The notes below the pieces were generated by a model. It searched no databases and was not told where the DNA came from. It saw only the letters and a list, made by a program, of their open reading frames with translations. From the IMG/VR virus record IMGVR_UViG_3300034093_003299, positions 22,900 through 86,899 of that record: 64,000 nt of DNA; one strand, given 5' to 3'. Source of the stretch: a virus. Lineage: Duplodnaviria > Caudoviricetes. This document shows, piece by piece, positions 51,101 through 57,476 of the stretch. Each line of letters opens with the position of its first letter. Positions within the stretch are counted from its first letter, which is position 1. The position numbers and the translations under genes were made by a program.

Positions 51101-53314
51101 AACATCTTGGCGCACAGTTATTTCGCTTCCCGCAGGCAGCTCTGATAATTTATTTGCTCTTTTTGCTTGCTCTTTATCTAATGCGTTTTTAATCAAAGCC
51201 TGACTAGGTAAATCTTTTACGGAAGAAGGAGCTATTACTTCTCTTATCGGAATGTCTCTTTCTATTAAAGCATCTAGTAAATCTCTATCTATTTTTTCTC
51301 CAGTCTGGAGTTTTTGCAACATTGCTCTGGCTTCTGGAGAATACATGCGGCCAGCTTTGATTGCAGCTTTGCTTTGCGGATATTTTATCAAAAAGTCTTT
51401 GGGCATTTTATTGCTCTTAGACCAAGCGAAATTAGGAATGTATCCTTTAGACATTCTTGGTATTTCATCAAGATTTCTGTAATTAGGAATTATTGCTGTT
51501 TCTCCAGTTCCTCCATAATTTGGAATTATTTTTTCTTTATCGTTTACAATTACAGGGCCAGTTTTGCCTTGGATTGTGGCTTGAACTACTTCCGCTTTCG
51601 GATTAACAGCGCCCATTCTTCTAGCTGTGTTTTCTTCTAATTGGAAAGCCGCTGCTTCTACGCCCGTGTCAGGAATATAGCCCTCAGCGAATAGTCTTCC
51701 TATTCCTTTTCTAGAGGCTTTCTGGGCTGTGCTTACGGTAGAAGTGACTCTTCCCGTTATTCTAGATTGAGTTAAAAGAGATCTATTTTGTTCTTGAATT
51801 AGCCTCAATACCTCTGCTTCGGCTTGCGCTAAATTCATTTTGCGACTTATGACGCTATCAATTATCGCAGGATTCTCTCTTAAGGTATCGTTAATTCTTT
51901 TTTGTATTTGTAATTCTTTTTCAGAAGTAAACATTTCGGAGCTAGCTCTCCCCAACTGCTTTAATGAGCTCACTCCGAATTTAGCAAATTTTGCAGCCAG
52001 CAACCCTCCTGTAGCGGCTAAAATTGGTAAGCCACCTGCCCCTAAAGTTTTTCCTAATATCGAAGCCGCGCCTTTGCGTAGCCCATCGGCAAATTTTTTG
52101 CCAGAGTCTTCTCCTTGACCAAATAAATCAGAATTTGGACTTACTAATTTTAAAAGAACCTCTGAAACTGTGCTACCCAATTTAACTAATGGATCTAGCA
52201 AAGATGATCCTAGCGCAGCGGCAGCTTCTTGAGCGGATGTTTTAGTCTGCTGCAATACAGCAGACAGGCTTTTATTTAATTCTTCGTTCTTCTTTTTCGC
52301 TTCGTCTGTCGCGGCGCTGGAAACTCTTAAAGCATCAGCATAAACGCTATTAGAACTAGAAAGATCTTTAATTAAAGCATTTACTTGGTTAATCTGGTAA
52401 ATGCCACCAACTAGTTCTGCTGTTCTTGATTTTTCTGTTTGACTTAAATTTTTTGTAGCGTCAGAATAATTTTTTAAGATACTTATGCCATCTAATAGAT
52501 ATCCATTTTGGTCTTTAACTGCGACTCCTAACATCTCAAGCTGACTCAATACTTCTGGTCTTTGTAAGCGAGTAAATATTGTTTTTAAAGCGTTACCAAT
52601 TACAGCGCCGCCGCGTCCAGTTATTTGCTGTGCAGCAGTGACTGTCGCTATTAGCTTATCGATGCTTAGACCGCTTTCCTCAGCAGAGCTACCCACGCGC
52701 GAGAGGGCTTCGTTCAACTGAGCGGAACTAACAGCAAATCTTGTATCAACAGCGATTAACTTGTTAGTAATATCTTCCGAAGTCAAAGCTTCTTTATTAA
52801 AACTGTTAATTGCTGTAGTTATACCATTTACAGCTTGTGCATAACTAATACCAGCTATTCTTGCTAGGGTTAGGGCACTTCCTGTTCTTTTTAATATTTC
52901 ATTAGCAGAAAGACCTTGTCTTGCGAACTCTTTCGCGGCTTCGGCAGCGGCTTCGAATGGAACTGCCGAGTTTTTGGCTACTTTAAATAAAGACTGAGAA
53001 AAACCTTCTAATTCATTTCTTGATTTGCCTAGATATGTATTTAATTCTACTAATTGTTTATCTACTTCTATAGTAGCTTTAGCGCCTTCTCTAATAGCTT
53101 GAGAAACTTTATAAATAGCTCCAGCAGTTAAACCGAAAGCTGTAACGCGAGCAGTGGCTGCTGATAATGATTTGGTGAACTCCGCTGCGTCTCCGCTGAT
53201 TCTTCCAAGAGGCTGAGCAAATTTTGCAGAACCGATAGCTGCCGTGAAGCTATTAAAAGACGCTTGCGCCGGAGCAGTATTTAAAGTAAGATTGGCTTGA
53301 ATATTCGTTGGCAT
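42191..53314 (-). CDS. Tail tape measure protein (PhageMin_Tail/TP901-type N-terminus) carrying internal enzyme-like cassettes
   Basis: 3707 aa. The N-terminal core (EAAKEFARQGLS..E...AL.LA...V.GIT.AINSF...NKL.AVD..FAVSS..L.EAL.R.GS.A...G.......G..IGNALKTIF.RL) is a classic TMP. Gene lies after the major tail protein and chaperones. AAGGA Shine-Dalgarno upstream. Confidence 0.92.
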   Translation of the reverse strand: MPTNIQANLTLNTAPAQASFNSFTAAIGSAKFAQPLGRISGDAAEFTKSLSAATARVTAFGLTAGAIYKVSQAIREGAKATIEVDKQLVELNTYLGKSRNELEGFSQSLFKVAKNSAVPFEAAAEAAKEFARQGLSANEILKRTGSALTLARIAGISYAQAVNGITTAINSFNKEALTSEDITNKLIAVDTRFAVSSAQLNEALSRVGSSAEESGLSIDKLIATVTAAQQITGRGGAVIGNALKTIFTRLQRPEVLSQLEMLGVAVKDQNGYLLDGISILKNYSDATKNLSQTEKSRTAELVGGIYQINQVNALIKDLSSSNSVYADALRVSSAATDEAKKKNEELNKSLSAVLQQTKTSAQEAAAALGSSLLDPLVKLGSTVSEVLLKLVSPNSDLFGQGEDSGKKFADGLRKGAASILGKTLGAGGLPILAATGGLLAAKFAKFGVSSLKQLGRASSEMFTSEKELQIQKRINDTLRENPAIIDSVISRKMNLAQAEAEVLRLIQEQNRSLLTQSRITGRVTSTVSTAQKASRKGIGRLFAEGYIPDTGVEAAAFQLEENTARRMGAVNPKAEVVQATIQGKTGPVIVNDKEKIIPNYGGTGETAIIPNYRNLDEIPRMSKGYIPNFAWSKSNKMPKDFLIKYPQSKAAIKAGRMYSPEARAMLQKLQTGEKIDRDLLDALIERDIPIREVIAPSSVKDLPSQALIKNALDKEQAKRANKLSELPAGSEITVRQDVPSMTRKGVGVVKTESSGGFKSYDSFVAFDNPSMGKSAGLERASLNIGAGKEKSPLLKISGTLSKDQSLPKDLKNWTQVGYNPDRHSYYYDRKTKKPIVGGQQAIQIGNTVFIKEAISGNREDFSYAKGYIPNFAKQRLGGGFFGEFFGLRGSLGRKDFFDPKSNRTKTNVANEYVAAQELGQMIGAGQLNPIFKTPEIYGSLEKSIQKSSIYKKVIAGKTGKDLALDLDPYTGERQGFDKFYNLIAGRAQMQIDMGGRMKADDLVGKYDNLMFNEKSETILSKVLRRNYGKLIKSIESKDFEESEAQMDRILTSIAKKGGEINIVDTGVFGLNADLAKKRTKGLSKLGYKDEFAYGPTFLNQGYVPNFAKSKFIQNIIDSYKASLTEKDPIRFNAAQKNENYYPNVNSELKNLSASSGASLEKLAYGLAALSGNTADSAARKGIQRIANNQPYDDLVLLPENIEKVKKMLASSGSTEELMSILGKGAKTQNFAQSLLLSKNFSGFGKYKNPLNTPSVMDSWAIYVRNGGALKEKYDRGAVSEKQKSKVFSQSAGGYKYYNKLVKEYGAAAKELGVPVRELQARTWAWARTQVGSRTRNDSFASGRIPNFANPRIVGQGSNLFVSSLYDTLSGEHGGGPEYPFARPGMGAAFLNKEKTNDMIKLIKPFVESGSRVIFGAQAGRMGGDLGLIQGLAGNKMVVEALKASYPKLTSRFIQEGTSTANLTSLFDKFYKTLGPDKMREIVSPFIEPDILKFYQKNKNFGSSISRLAEFGSESLTQASSSQHSIYPAAIHGKALSRIEPVNAQKLFQTAGGLSDKETKKLFGTVRVAKLPIGFRFEKGDAASKLLGLSQGYIPNFASTFNAEKIKKMGGYVGQANKASAPGLHKILNSIGIPIELDNINKKGLTDALSSKENKLKLYNFLKQEPIEITNYPDSYSEVKDGNHRFTLAQFAGIKNIPAEYKDSFSGGYIPNFSGLSDAVSREKTALAQRGVPASQIMAHFDRGGNPIAVTNKIDEPNGLKDVPNFALPSRQLVTVLSRLGLLKGRNNLANPISAGVELFAGSAASSTLDTLAENELIDPRASTFANVAIPGAIGLKNIGKGIFGKGSKTQRGIAVASGVGQLTAGTLAGFQGGADLGNRINTKKFEQALDRSKKTFQDLTENTLELSNSLAKLDDAYRDPKADPKQILKLSASIADLLSKVKGSNPGLVSKLASETTLAGKQAILEDNAKESQRIQSVRQEALKFSSKGTILGKDAPKELDSFFRSVINSGNQDLLKQDLSKAGPANFSEVLSKGGLNVEEFSNVFKTDELKKGFLDALKLTQKLNEISSNQEAAIIDVSKPLTRKKQQTEDRREIRSSISKALEDQLPELASFAGGFSKRAGISAASDASLAIKTTQSSVSFQNSLLAQLSDKEFTKGLPSQVQAKLNAIETPGVATGRDLESIKQLPGLSKAQVAGIEKLIQFNSLQTREIQKAGTIANETKNIQLKFLALQEKLAFGGDIKTSINPQMRAESMSAGLRGPLTYQLGTLFGSRRTQVGGATDFLTETMQKYPGLLQTKNGKEPADISGVKRELTGLNAMDMQRDLLKRANMAQMMGLGQTSGLLRNKAFDSKYLFESAGLKADALFGSPEVPGEVKSSMQDYEKFGVQSAKQAKADDSELKRVEDLLVPIKQQITEQATALGQGLVSGFEASLKSTFGDKGIRADVVNLVASQVKGNASESGAAQASDGPPVKNFANPVNDAITREKMALAKRGIMGVPNFAMASINLERSPNLVTASNPQGFGVTNSIDEKNGLRSLGMRSSGFVPNYAMPSWMKMPSWMNASNLDKVRDNLDEARNMFTNADDAQSLIGNVQEGNAGGIATDLAGPALDAAKFLTKNVAKKAGLGAAGLGLDIGEYIVKPLSEKAGLTDYLADRMYNSLYAKPEKSNIAKPSDAYNSRLGNDLIDPSPEWMKKGKVPNFAKSRMEELLERIYGPRADAPKPVIPSDPAPILGVSQKTMPFYPERLVNKIYPYGNRPSMGNVNPTVKPQKMTAAQTLKANIEQGKLLKEAKKGQLAQGSISGFSSYLKRPGLQEALQLTQEEQVRIQRGMLESNRRAGNIQMAAYQNTFLAQKASEFQPGAQSGGLKMLPRGQSSRPLFSGKNRTETPAAGVFTPGQSTLFSDKNKTKTSPLGLLPKGQVTFRDQAYVPTGRAADRVRELQGETRTRIRSRSLKMQSERVTPSLKLPNKPNKNPYLDAFLAGSEKESKSILEKAIRENFKLAQQQERQAAANRYFERTAPQRAEMKAFSEAEQAKLNKRLAKEAADKIRSGQKIDLSDVVRRYGKPAFAKGRSADLRSVIENIDTINLNAGATNFKEYTPEEVNKFLSKKPTAPTSGTAPTGPVSAIKPPGSPSPATSGVLNKLKGAGKFGLKGLGIAGSVGFGIAQGLESYSSAKEGKYGQATLAGLSSAASFAGLSKGVGKVAGPAGVILGGLGDFETKDLTLAREWKDIFGRKGEEESVGIGDAIGTALGAIGSAPATVGLLGYRTGNILENKLGIGNKLGDFASGLRTTKASYEAGVRPKGGTTVNQAVQSNQLIAKKAELLAELNKYNEISGNPLVSRDFQMSASKRGQEFEETERTKELAKELEKQGKANIARIISGGNAIRDAETARLNKESSEQEEARSSKLRKSFLESFDKNAEANGYTTTRDKANYLLEQEGQYGLGSFKPTDFKDPGFAKSFEIYKTAKEAEAGREANRVIPKSAIEFRDRAIPSFPQDVLEEAARRRESAERVMQDRAGFGGGFMTADEANVRTGGLAQGRSLSEINEQATRETGFPKDVLEEAMRRRVPAEQVMKERAGGGVPNFAAMSNGMMSSGDVYSRMRSSAPRNFAPSYAQGSVPNFAAGDFTNAVTEALKTGITSAFPSGGGSSSTVSNSNVINIDGRSSIQNAPDEAMQGIISILFDKIPELKKLGPAALNFKK
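42429..51445 (-). repeat. Dispersed in-frame repeat G-x-[IV]-P-N-[FY]-[AS] (about 12 copies) in the TMP
   Basis: + strand copies of about gcaaaattaggaatatatcc start at 51426, 50700, 49995, 49272, 48525, 48177, 48018, 45804, 45660, 45204, 42540 and 42429. Weaker xxNFA variants occur near 45882 and 42465. Confidence 0.9.
45624..45659. repeat. Perfect 18-bp tandem duplication (MPSWMK-MPSWMN)
   Basis: ttcatccaagatggcatt occurs twice, at 45624-45641 and 45642-45659. Confidence 0.95.
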
Positions 53315-53333
53315 AACCTTGGTCCTTATTTAG

Positions 53334-53340
53334 ATTACAC
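53334..53340 (-). promoter_or_regulatory. GTGTAAT late-promoter-like motif
   Basis: attacac on the + strand. Lies 19 nt upstream of the TMP ATG with AAGGA in between. Confidence 0.5.
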
Positions 53341-54335
53341 TATAATCCATGCATTTTGATAAAGTCTTCTGTTGTAAGCTTGTTGCCTTTTTTAGCTGCA
53401 ATTTCATTTAAGGTCACAGCCTTTCCTCCGGCCATTTTTTCCAGCTCTTCTCTTGTTGCTCCTGTATATCCAACTCCGCTAGATTGACCAGATGAGTTCC
53501 CAGTTCTTGCTGAGCTTTCTACAGATTCGTACCATTCTACCATCTTGTCTGGATCTGAAACGACATCTGAAGGAGGATTACTCTGGGCTTGGCTTTCTAT
53601 CAAAGATTTAAAATATCTAGCTTGAGAAAATAAATTTACTTGCAATATTGTCAAATCTTTAGTATATTTACCAAAAAAACTATAAGCACTATTATCACAC
53701 AAAGCAAAAAGACTCATAAAAAAAGAAGAAGCGCAGATTCTTTTAATATTTTCGTAATCGAATCTAGTGTAAAAATTTCCCAATATGTCTACCAAATTCG
53801 ACAACTCTTTCGGCGACAAATCGTCAAACTCTTCTTGAGTAAAAAATTTCTCTTTAAAATCCTGGTCTTTGTAGAACGATAAATGAATAATTAACTCATT
53901 AAGTTTTTTGCCGGTATAGTCTTCAGCGCAAAATCCTAATAGGTCAGCTTTCTCATTTTCTAAATTTAAGAGAGATTTTTTTAGGCCTTTGATCTTGTTC
54001 TTGGCTTCATTGATTTGCCTTTTTATTATAAGATTTCTTATTAGCATTTCAGTGTCAGAAATCTGCTTGGAAATTTGATCTATATCTTTTTCTTTTTCGT
54101 TAGACCAAAGTTGATTTTTTATTAAAAAACTTAGCTTCTCTTCTTTCTCTTCTAGTCCTTTTTCCAAGGCTTCTCCGCTGAAAAATCTTCTGTTTTTATC
54201 TAAATCGCCATTCTCTAATTCTGTGAAATGTTTAATGAAAATAGGCTTTTCCAAGAATTTATCCTCAGAAAAGCCCACTGCTATTTCTTTATACAAGCCT
54301 TTATAAAAACTTATTTTTTCATAAAGATCACTCAC
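53340..54335 (-). CDS. Tail assembly chaperone-like protein
   Basis: 331 aa (GTG start) directly upstream of the TMP. Central coiled coil. Paralogous to 54342-55055. Confidence 0.6.
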   Translation of the reverse strand: MSDLYEKISFYKGLYKEIAVGFSEDKFLEKPIFIKHFTELENGDLDKNRRFFSGEALEKGLEEKEEKLSFLIKNQLWSNEKEKDIDQISKQISDTEMLIRNLIIKRQINEAKNKIKGLKKSLLNLENEKADLLGFCAEDYTGKKLNELIIHLSFYKDQDFKEKFFTQEEFDDLSPKELSNLVDILGNFYTRFDYENIKRICASSFFMSLFALCDNSAYSFFGKYTKDLTILQVNLFSQARYFKSLIESQAQSNPPSDVVSDPDKMVEWYESVESSARTGNSSGQSSGVGYTGATREELEKMAGGKAVTLNEIAAKKGNKLTTEDFIKMHGL

Positions 54336-54341
54336 AGATTA

Positions 54342-55055
54342 TTAACCAATCAGGTCTTCTTTTGGCACCCCAGAGTTTAGTTGGCCGATAAGGAAACCAC
54401 CCTTCTCTACAACACTACTCAAGAATTCGTCTTCCGACTCTTCTATCTGAGAAAGCTTTTGAAGTTTCTGTTCAAATGATCCATCTCCAAACAAACAAGT
54501 TTGAGAACCTTCTTCTCCTTGATAAAGTAAATTCAATACAAACCACAAATTCAAAGCGTCAGAAGCTCTCTTTTCTGCCGTGTTATCAAATAGAGAGTTT
54601 TGCACGTTTTCATAATCGAAAATCTTTTGGCGCAAGATCTGATATTCGGGATTCAGATTGCCATTCTTCAATTCTCTTTCTGCTTCGCTAAGCGTAGAAT
54701 CTTGCTTTGTTTTTTCTAAATCTATTTCTATAGCTATAGCTTTGGAGTAATTTTCTGCGTGGGCCTTCTTCTCGTCTTCAGAAGCTAAAATTCCGTCTTG
54801 CTGGAATTTGCGTAAAAGGTAATTTTTAGTAACTAGCCCAAGCTTAATTCCTTCAGAAACCTTTACGGCGTAGAAGATGCTTGCTTCGTCTTGTATTTTA
54901 CGGTTTGGTTTTAAAATATAAAACTTCTGAGGGACTTTCTTCTCTACTTCTTTAGTGATCTGAAGCTCTTCTCCAGCTTCGTTTACTTCTGTTGTAGTTT
55001 CTTTTACCTTTTGAGTTTTTTGTACTTCAAAATTATGTAGCCATTTTTCTTTCAT
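54342..55055 (-). CDS. Tail assembly chaperone-like protein
   Basis: 237 aa between the major tail gene and the TMP. Acidic and helical/coiled-coil. Confidence 0.6.
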   Translation of the reverse strand: MKEKWLHNFEVQKTQKVKETTTEVNEAGEELQITKEVEKKVPQKFYILKPNRKIQDEASIFYAVKVSEGIKLGLVTKNYLLRKFQQDGILASEDEKKAHAENYSKAIAIEIDLEKTKQDSTLSEAERELKNGNLNPEYQILRQKIFDYENVQNSLFDNTAEKRASDALNLWFVLNLLYQGEEGSQTCLFGDGSFEQKLQKLSQIEESEDEFLSSVVEKGGFLIGQLNSGVPKEDLIG

Positions 55056-55058
55056 ATT

Positions 55059-55340
55059 TTATTTTAGAGAAATATTTATAGACTTAAAGCTGGTATCTAT
55101 ATTTCTAATAGCGTCGTTCCCAGAATCTAAAATCTTTTTCCTTATATAATTATATTTATCATTGTCAAAATAATCAATATTTTTAGCAAAGCTTTCAGAA
55201 GAGCTCTCTGCTACTTTTTTTAACAAAAGATCGTGGTCTTGTTTGAGGTCATCAATCATTTCAAAGTATTTCTTATAGAGAGTAATAATATTTCTGCTAT
55301 ATTGAAACTTTAAATATTCCTTTAGTTTTTCGTCGTCCAT
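55059..55340 (-). CDS. Small hypothetical protein (tail assembly region)
   Basis: 93 aa. AAGGA Shine-Dalgarno and TATAAT (55355-55360) upstream. Confidence 0.65.
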   Translation of the reverse strand: MDDEKLKEYLKFQYSRNIITLYKKYFEMIDDLKQDHDLLLKKVAESSSESFAKNIDYFDNDKYNYIRKKILDSGNDAIRNIDTSFKSINISLK

Positions 55341-55380
55341 ATTCCTTTTGCTATATTATATAAAAATAAGATAAAATATA

Positions 55381-55415
55381 AAAATAAAAAACCCCCGCCG
55401 GTTAAGGCGAGGGTT
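55381..55415 (-). terminator. Rho-independent terminator after the major tail gene
   Basis: On the - strand: stem AACCCTCGCC, loop TTAACC, stem GGCGGGGGTT (10 bp with one G-U pair), then a T-rich tail. Confidence 0.9.
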
Positions 55416-55434
55416 AGTTCAAATTTTATTTAAT

Positions 55435-56565
55435 TTAGTTTGCCAAGAAATGCAATCCAGAATTCTTACCGACTTGAGCAGAAAGCTCTAGAGTTACCGT
55501 TTGATTAGGCCCAATTGAAGAAGTGAAGTTTTGAGAGTCTAGTTTCGCGCCCTTAAGCATGACATAAGAAGAGTGCGGAGTGGCTCCTTGATAACCTGTT
55601 AATTTAAGTTCGCAATAGAATTTTGTAGAGTCTCCATTCGTAGTCATCAGTGTAAAAAGCTTATTTGAAGCAGATGCTCCAACAATAGCATTAACAGTCA
55701 TAGTGCAATTAATTGGGAATGTGATTTCTCTTGTAAAGGCGAAAGCTTTACCAAGCTTTCTGATTGGCTCGCGACCAATAGTCATCGAAACTGAAGCGCT
55801 TTGTATTTTTAGATCAGATTCATTTAATCCAAACATTGGAGAATTATCTGAGTCTGAAGAGCCTAGCACCAGAGTGATATCCCCTGGTCTTACTGCCGAA
55901 ATTTCAGTGGCAGCAGCGAATAATCCAGCGCCATTAGGAAGAACAACCAGAGTAGCTGACTGGTCAGTGCCATCTACTACAGCAGGATTTCCAATAGAAA
56001 CGGGGATAGCACTGCCTGTTCCCCCAGTGAACACTATGTTTTGCCCTTCCAAAGCGCAACTCACGGTAGGGATTGCTCCCACAGAAGCTTCTAGAGACCA
56101 AGACGTAACGAATGCGTTGCCAATACCGATAATGCCGTCAATTGTGCCTGACGCCACCGCACCGGTGTCATTAGCATCAATACCGGCGTCACTGACTAAA
56201 ACATAAACATTCTTTTGATCATAACCACTTCCGCTAGAAATAATATAATCCAACATGTGATCTGAAACTGTAGATGTTCCAGTGACAGCGTTAGTTCTAA
56301 AGCCTAAATGGCCTTCATTAAAACCAGTTGGCTCAAAATAATAAGACAAGTCTACAGCGACAGTAGGCTCTTGTAAGATCAACCTGTCAATAGCTCCTAG
56401 TTCGCCATATTGATTAATGTCTTGGCGAGACACTGAGAAATTATAATTACAGCTTTGGACTCTTCGCAGGCCATGCGAAGCCGCAGAGACAGATACTTCC
56501 CCGGTCGGAGCAGCAAACAAAGCTTGACTTTGATAAATTACGCGATTTCTTGATGTAGTACTCAT
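55435..56565 (-). CDS. Major tail (tube) protein
   Basis: 376 aa. RVQSCNYNFSVSRQDINQYGELG...PTVAVDLSY and KIQSASVSMTIGREPIRKLG tube-type strands. Strong Shine-Dalgarno, own promoter-like motif and terminator, upstream of the chaperones and TMP. Confidence 0.8.
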   Translation of the reverse strand: MSTTSRNRVIYQSQALFAAPTGEVSVSAASHGLRRVQSCNYNFSVSRQDINQYGELGAIDRLILQEPTVAVDLSYYFEPTGFNEGHLGFRTNAVTGTSTVSDHMLDYIISSGSGYDQKNVYVLVSDAGIDANDTGAVASGTIDGIIGIGNAFVTSWSLEASVGAIPTVSCALEGQNIVFTGGTGSAIPVSIGNPAVVDGTDQSATLVVLPNGAGLFAAATEISAVRPGDITLVLGSSDSDNSPMFGLNESDLKIQSASVSMTIGREPIRKLGKAFAFTREITFPINCTMTVNAIVGASASNKLFTLMTTNGDSTKFYCELKLTGYQGATPHSSYVMLKGAKLDSQNFTSSIGPNQTVTLELSAQVGKNSGLHFLAN

Positions 56566-56592
56566 TTGGTTTCCTTATTTATTCTATTGAAA

Positions 56593-56599
56593 TTTACAC
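56593..56599 (-). promoter_or_regulatory. GTGTAAA variant of the late-promoter-like motif
   Basis: tttacac on the + strand, in the intergenic gap 27 nt upstream of the major tail ATG, with AAGGA in between. Confidence 0.45.
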
Positions 56600-56626
56600 A
56601 TAATAAATCAACTATAGAAAATTATT

Positions 56627-57472
56627 TTAATAAGCATGCGGGGCTCTTACTATTTCTAGATCAAAATCAACAAAAGCCGAAACAATATTTGGATTTAGAT
56701 TCTTGAATTCTGCTGAGGTTGATGTTTTGAGTTGAGAAACCGATACGCTAGACATGTACACGTTATCTCCAGTGGCTATTCCTGTATAATTATAAGAAGT
56801 TCCAGTATAAGAACTCATAGCGTTAAGCTTTAAGTCAGCATTGCTTACTGTTCTAAAAAAATCGTGAGCAGAATCTCTTAAGACCCCACACGCTGCGTCT
56901 AATGTGTACATTGAATTAGACATGACTAACGCTCGGAAATAGCAAGAGGTCATATCTGTGCCGCCGAATCCGAATGGTTCGTTTTGAGAATTGACTAGTC
57001 TTAAAAATATAGCTGGATAAGTTAATTCATTTACATCTAATCCAGTGATTGTTTGGGGTTTCCTGTTCTTTGGCTCAAATTTTGTAGAGAATAGCAAAGT
57101 TTCTTCAGATTTATCTGTTAAATAAACATTGAAATCTTTTATTGCATAATTTCCGCTGATAGTGTTGGAGTTTTTATTAGATGAAAAAATTACTTCTCCA
57201 TCGTAGTGATTTATTGCGACTAATCCACTTTGCCCCGGCACTATGAAATTACCATCTAAATACACTCCTGTTAATTGATTCGCGCCAGCTATAGAAGAGT
57301 CGCTTACTATTTGTTTGTATGGGGCTGCGTATGTATAGTAATTATTGTAGATTCCAGAGACTGGATAAAATTTAGAGCTAACATTCGAATAACCTTCTCC
57401 TCTTTTTAGAATAGTGTGGTCTACATATAGCAAAAAGCTACTGGTTAAAGTATTTTGGAAATTGGCTTTCAT
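56627..57472 (-). CDS. Tail completion/terminator-like protein
   Basis: The track gives 57517, but the in-frame ATG at 57472 (MKANFQ) just follows the upstream stop at 57477. YPAIFLRL motif and position before the major tail gene fit tail terminators. Confidence 0.55.
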   Translation of the reverse strand: MKANFQNTLTSSFLLYVDHTILKRGEGYSNVSSKFYPVSGIYNNYYTYAAPYKQIVSDSSIAGANQLTGVYLDGNFIVPGQSGLVAINHYDGEVIFSSNKNSNTISGNYAIKDFNVYLTDKSEETLLFSTKFEPKNRKPQTITGLDVNELTYPAIFLRLVNSQNEPFGFGGTDMTSCYFRALVMSNSMYTLDAACGVLRDSAHDFFRTVSNADLKLNAMSSYTGTSYNYTGIATGDNVYMSSVSVSQLKTSTSAEFKNLNPNIVSAFVDFDLEIVRAPHAY

Positions 57473-57476
57473 TTTA

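Noticed and set aside
48177-51445. PNFA DNA repeats as a CRISPR array
   Set aside because: The spacers are 350-750 nt, in frame and protein-coding. The repeats are about 20 nt and degenerate at synonymous positions. No cas operon is present.
54336-54420. -1 frameshift slippery site for a gpG/gpGT fusion
   Set aside because: No XXXYYYZ heptamer near the end of the 237-aa ORF. The next ORF is in the same frame behind two TAA stops.
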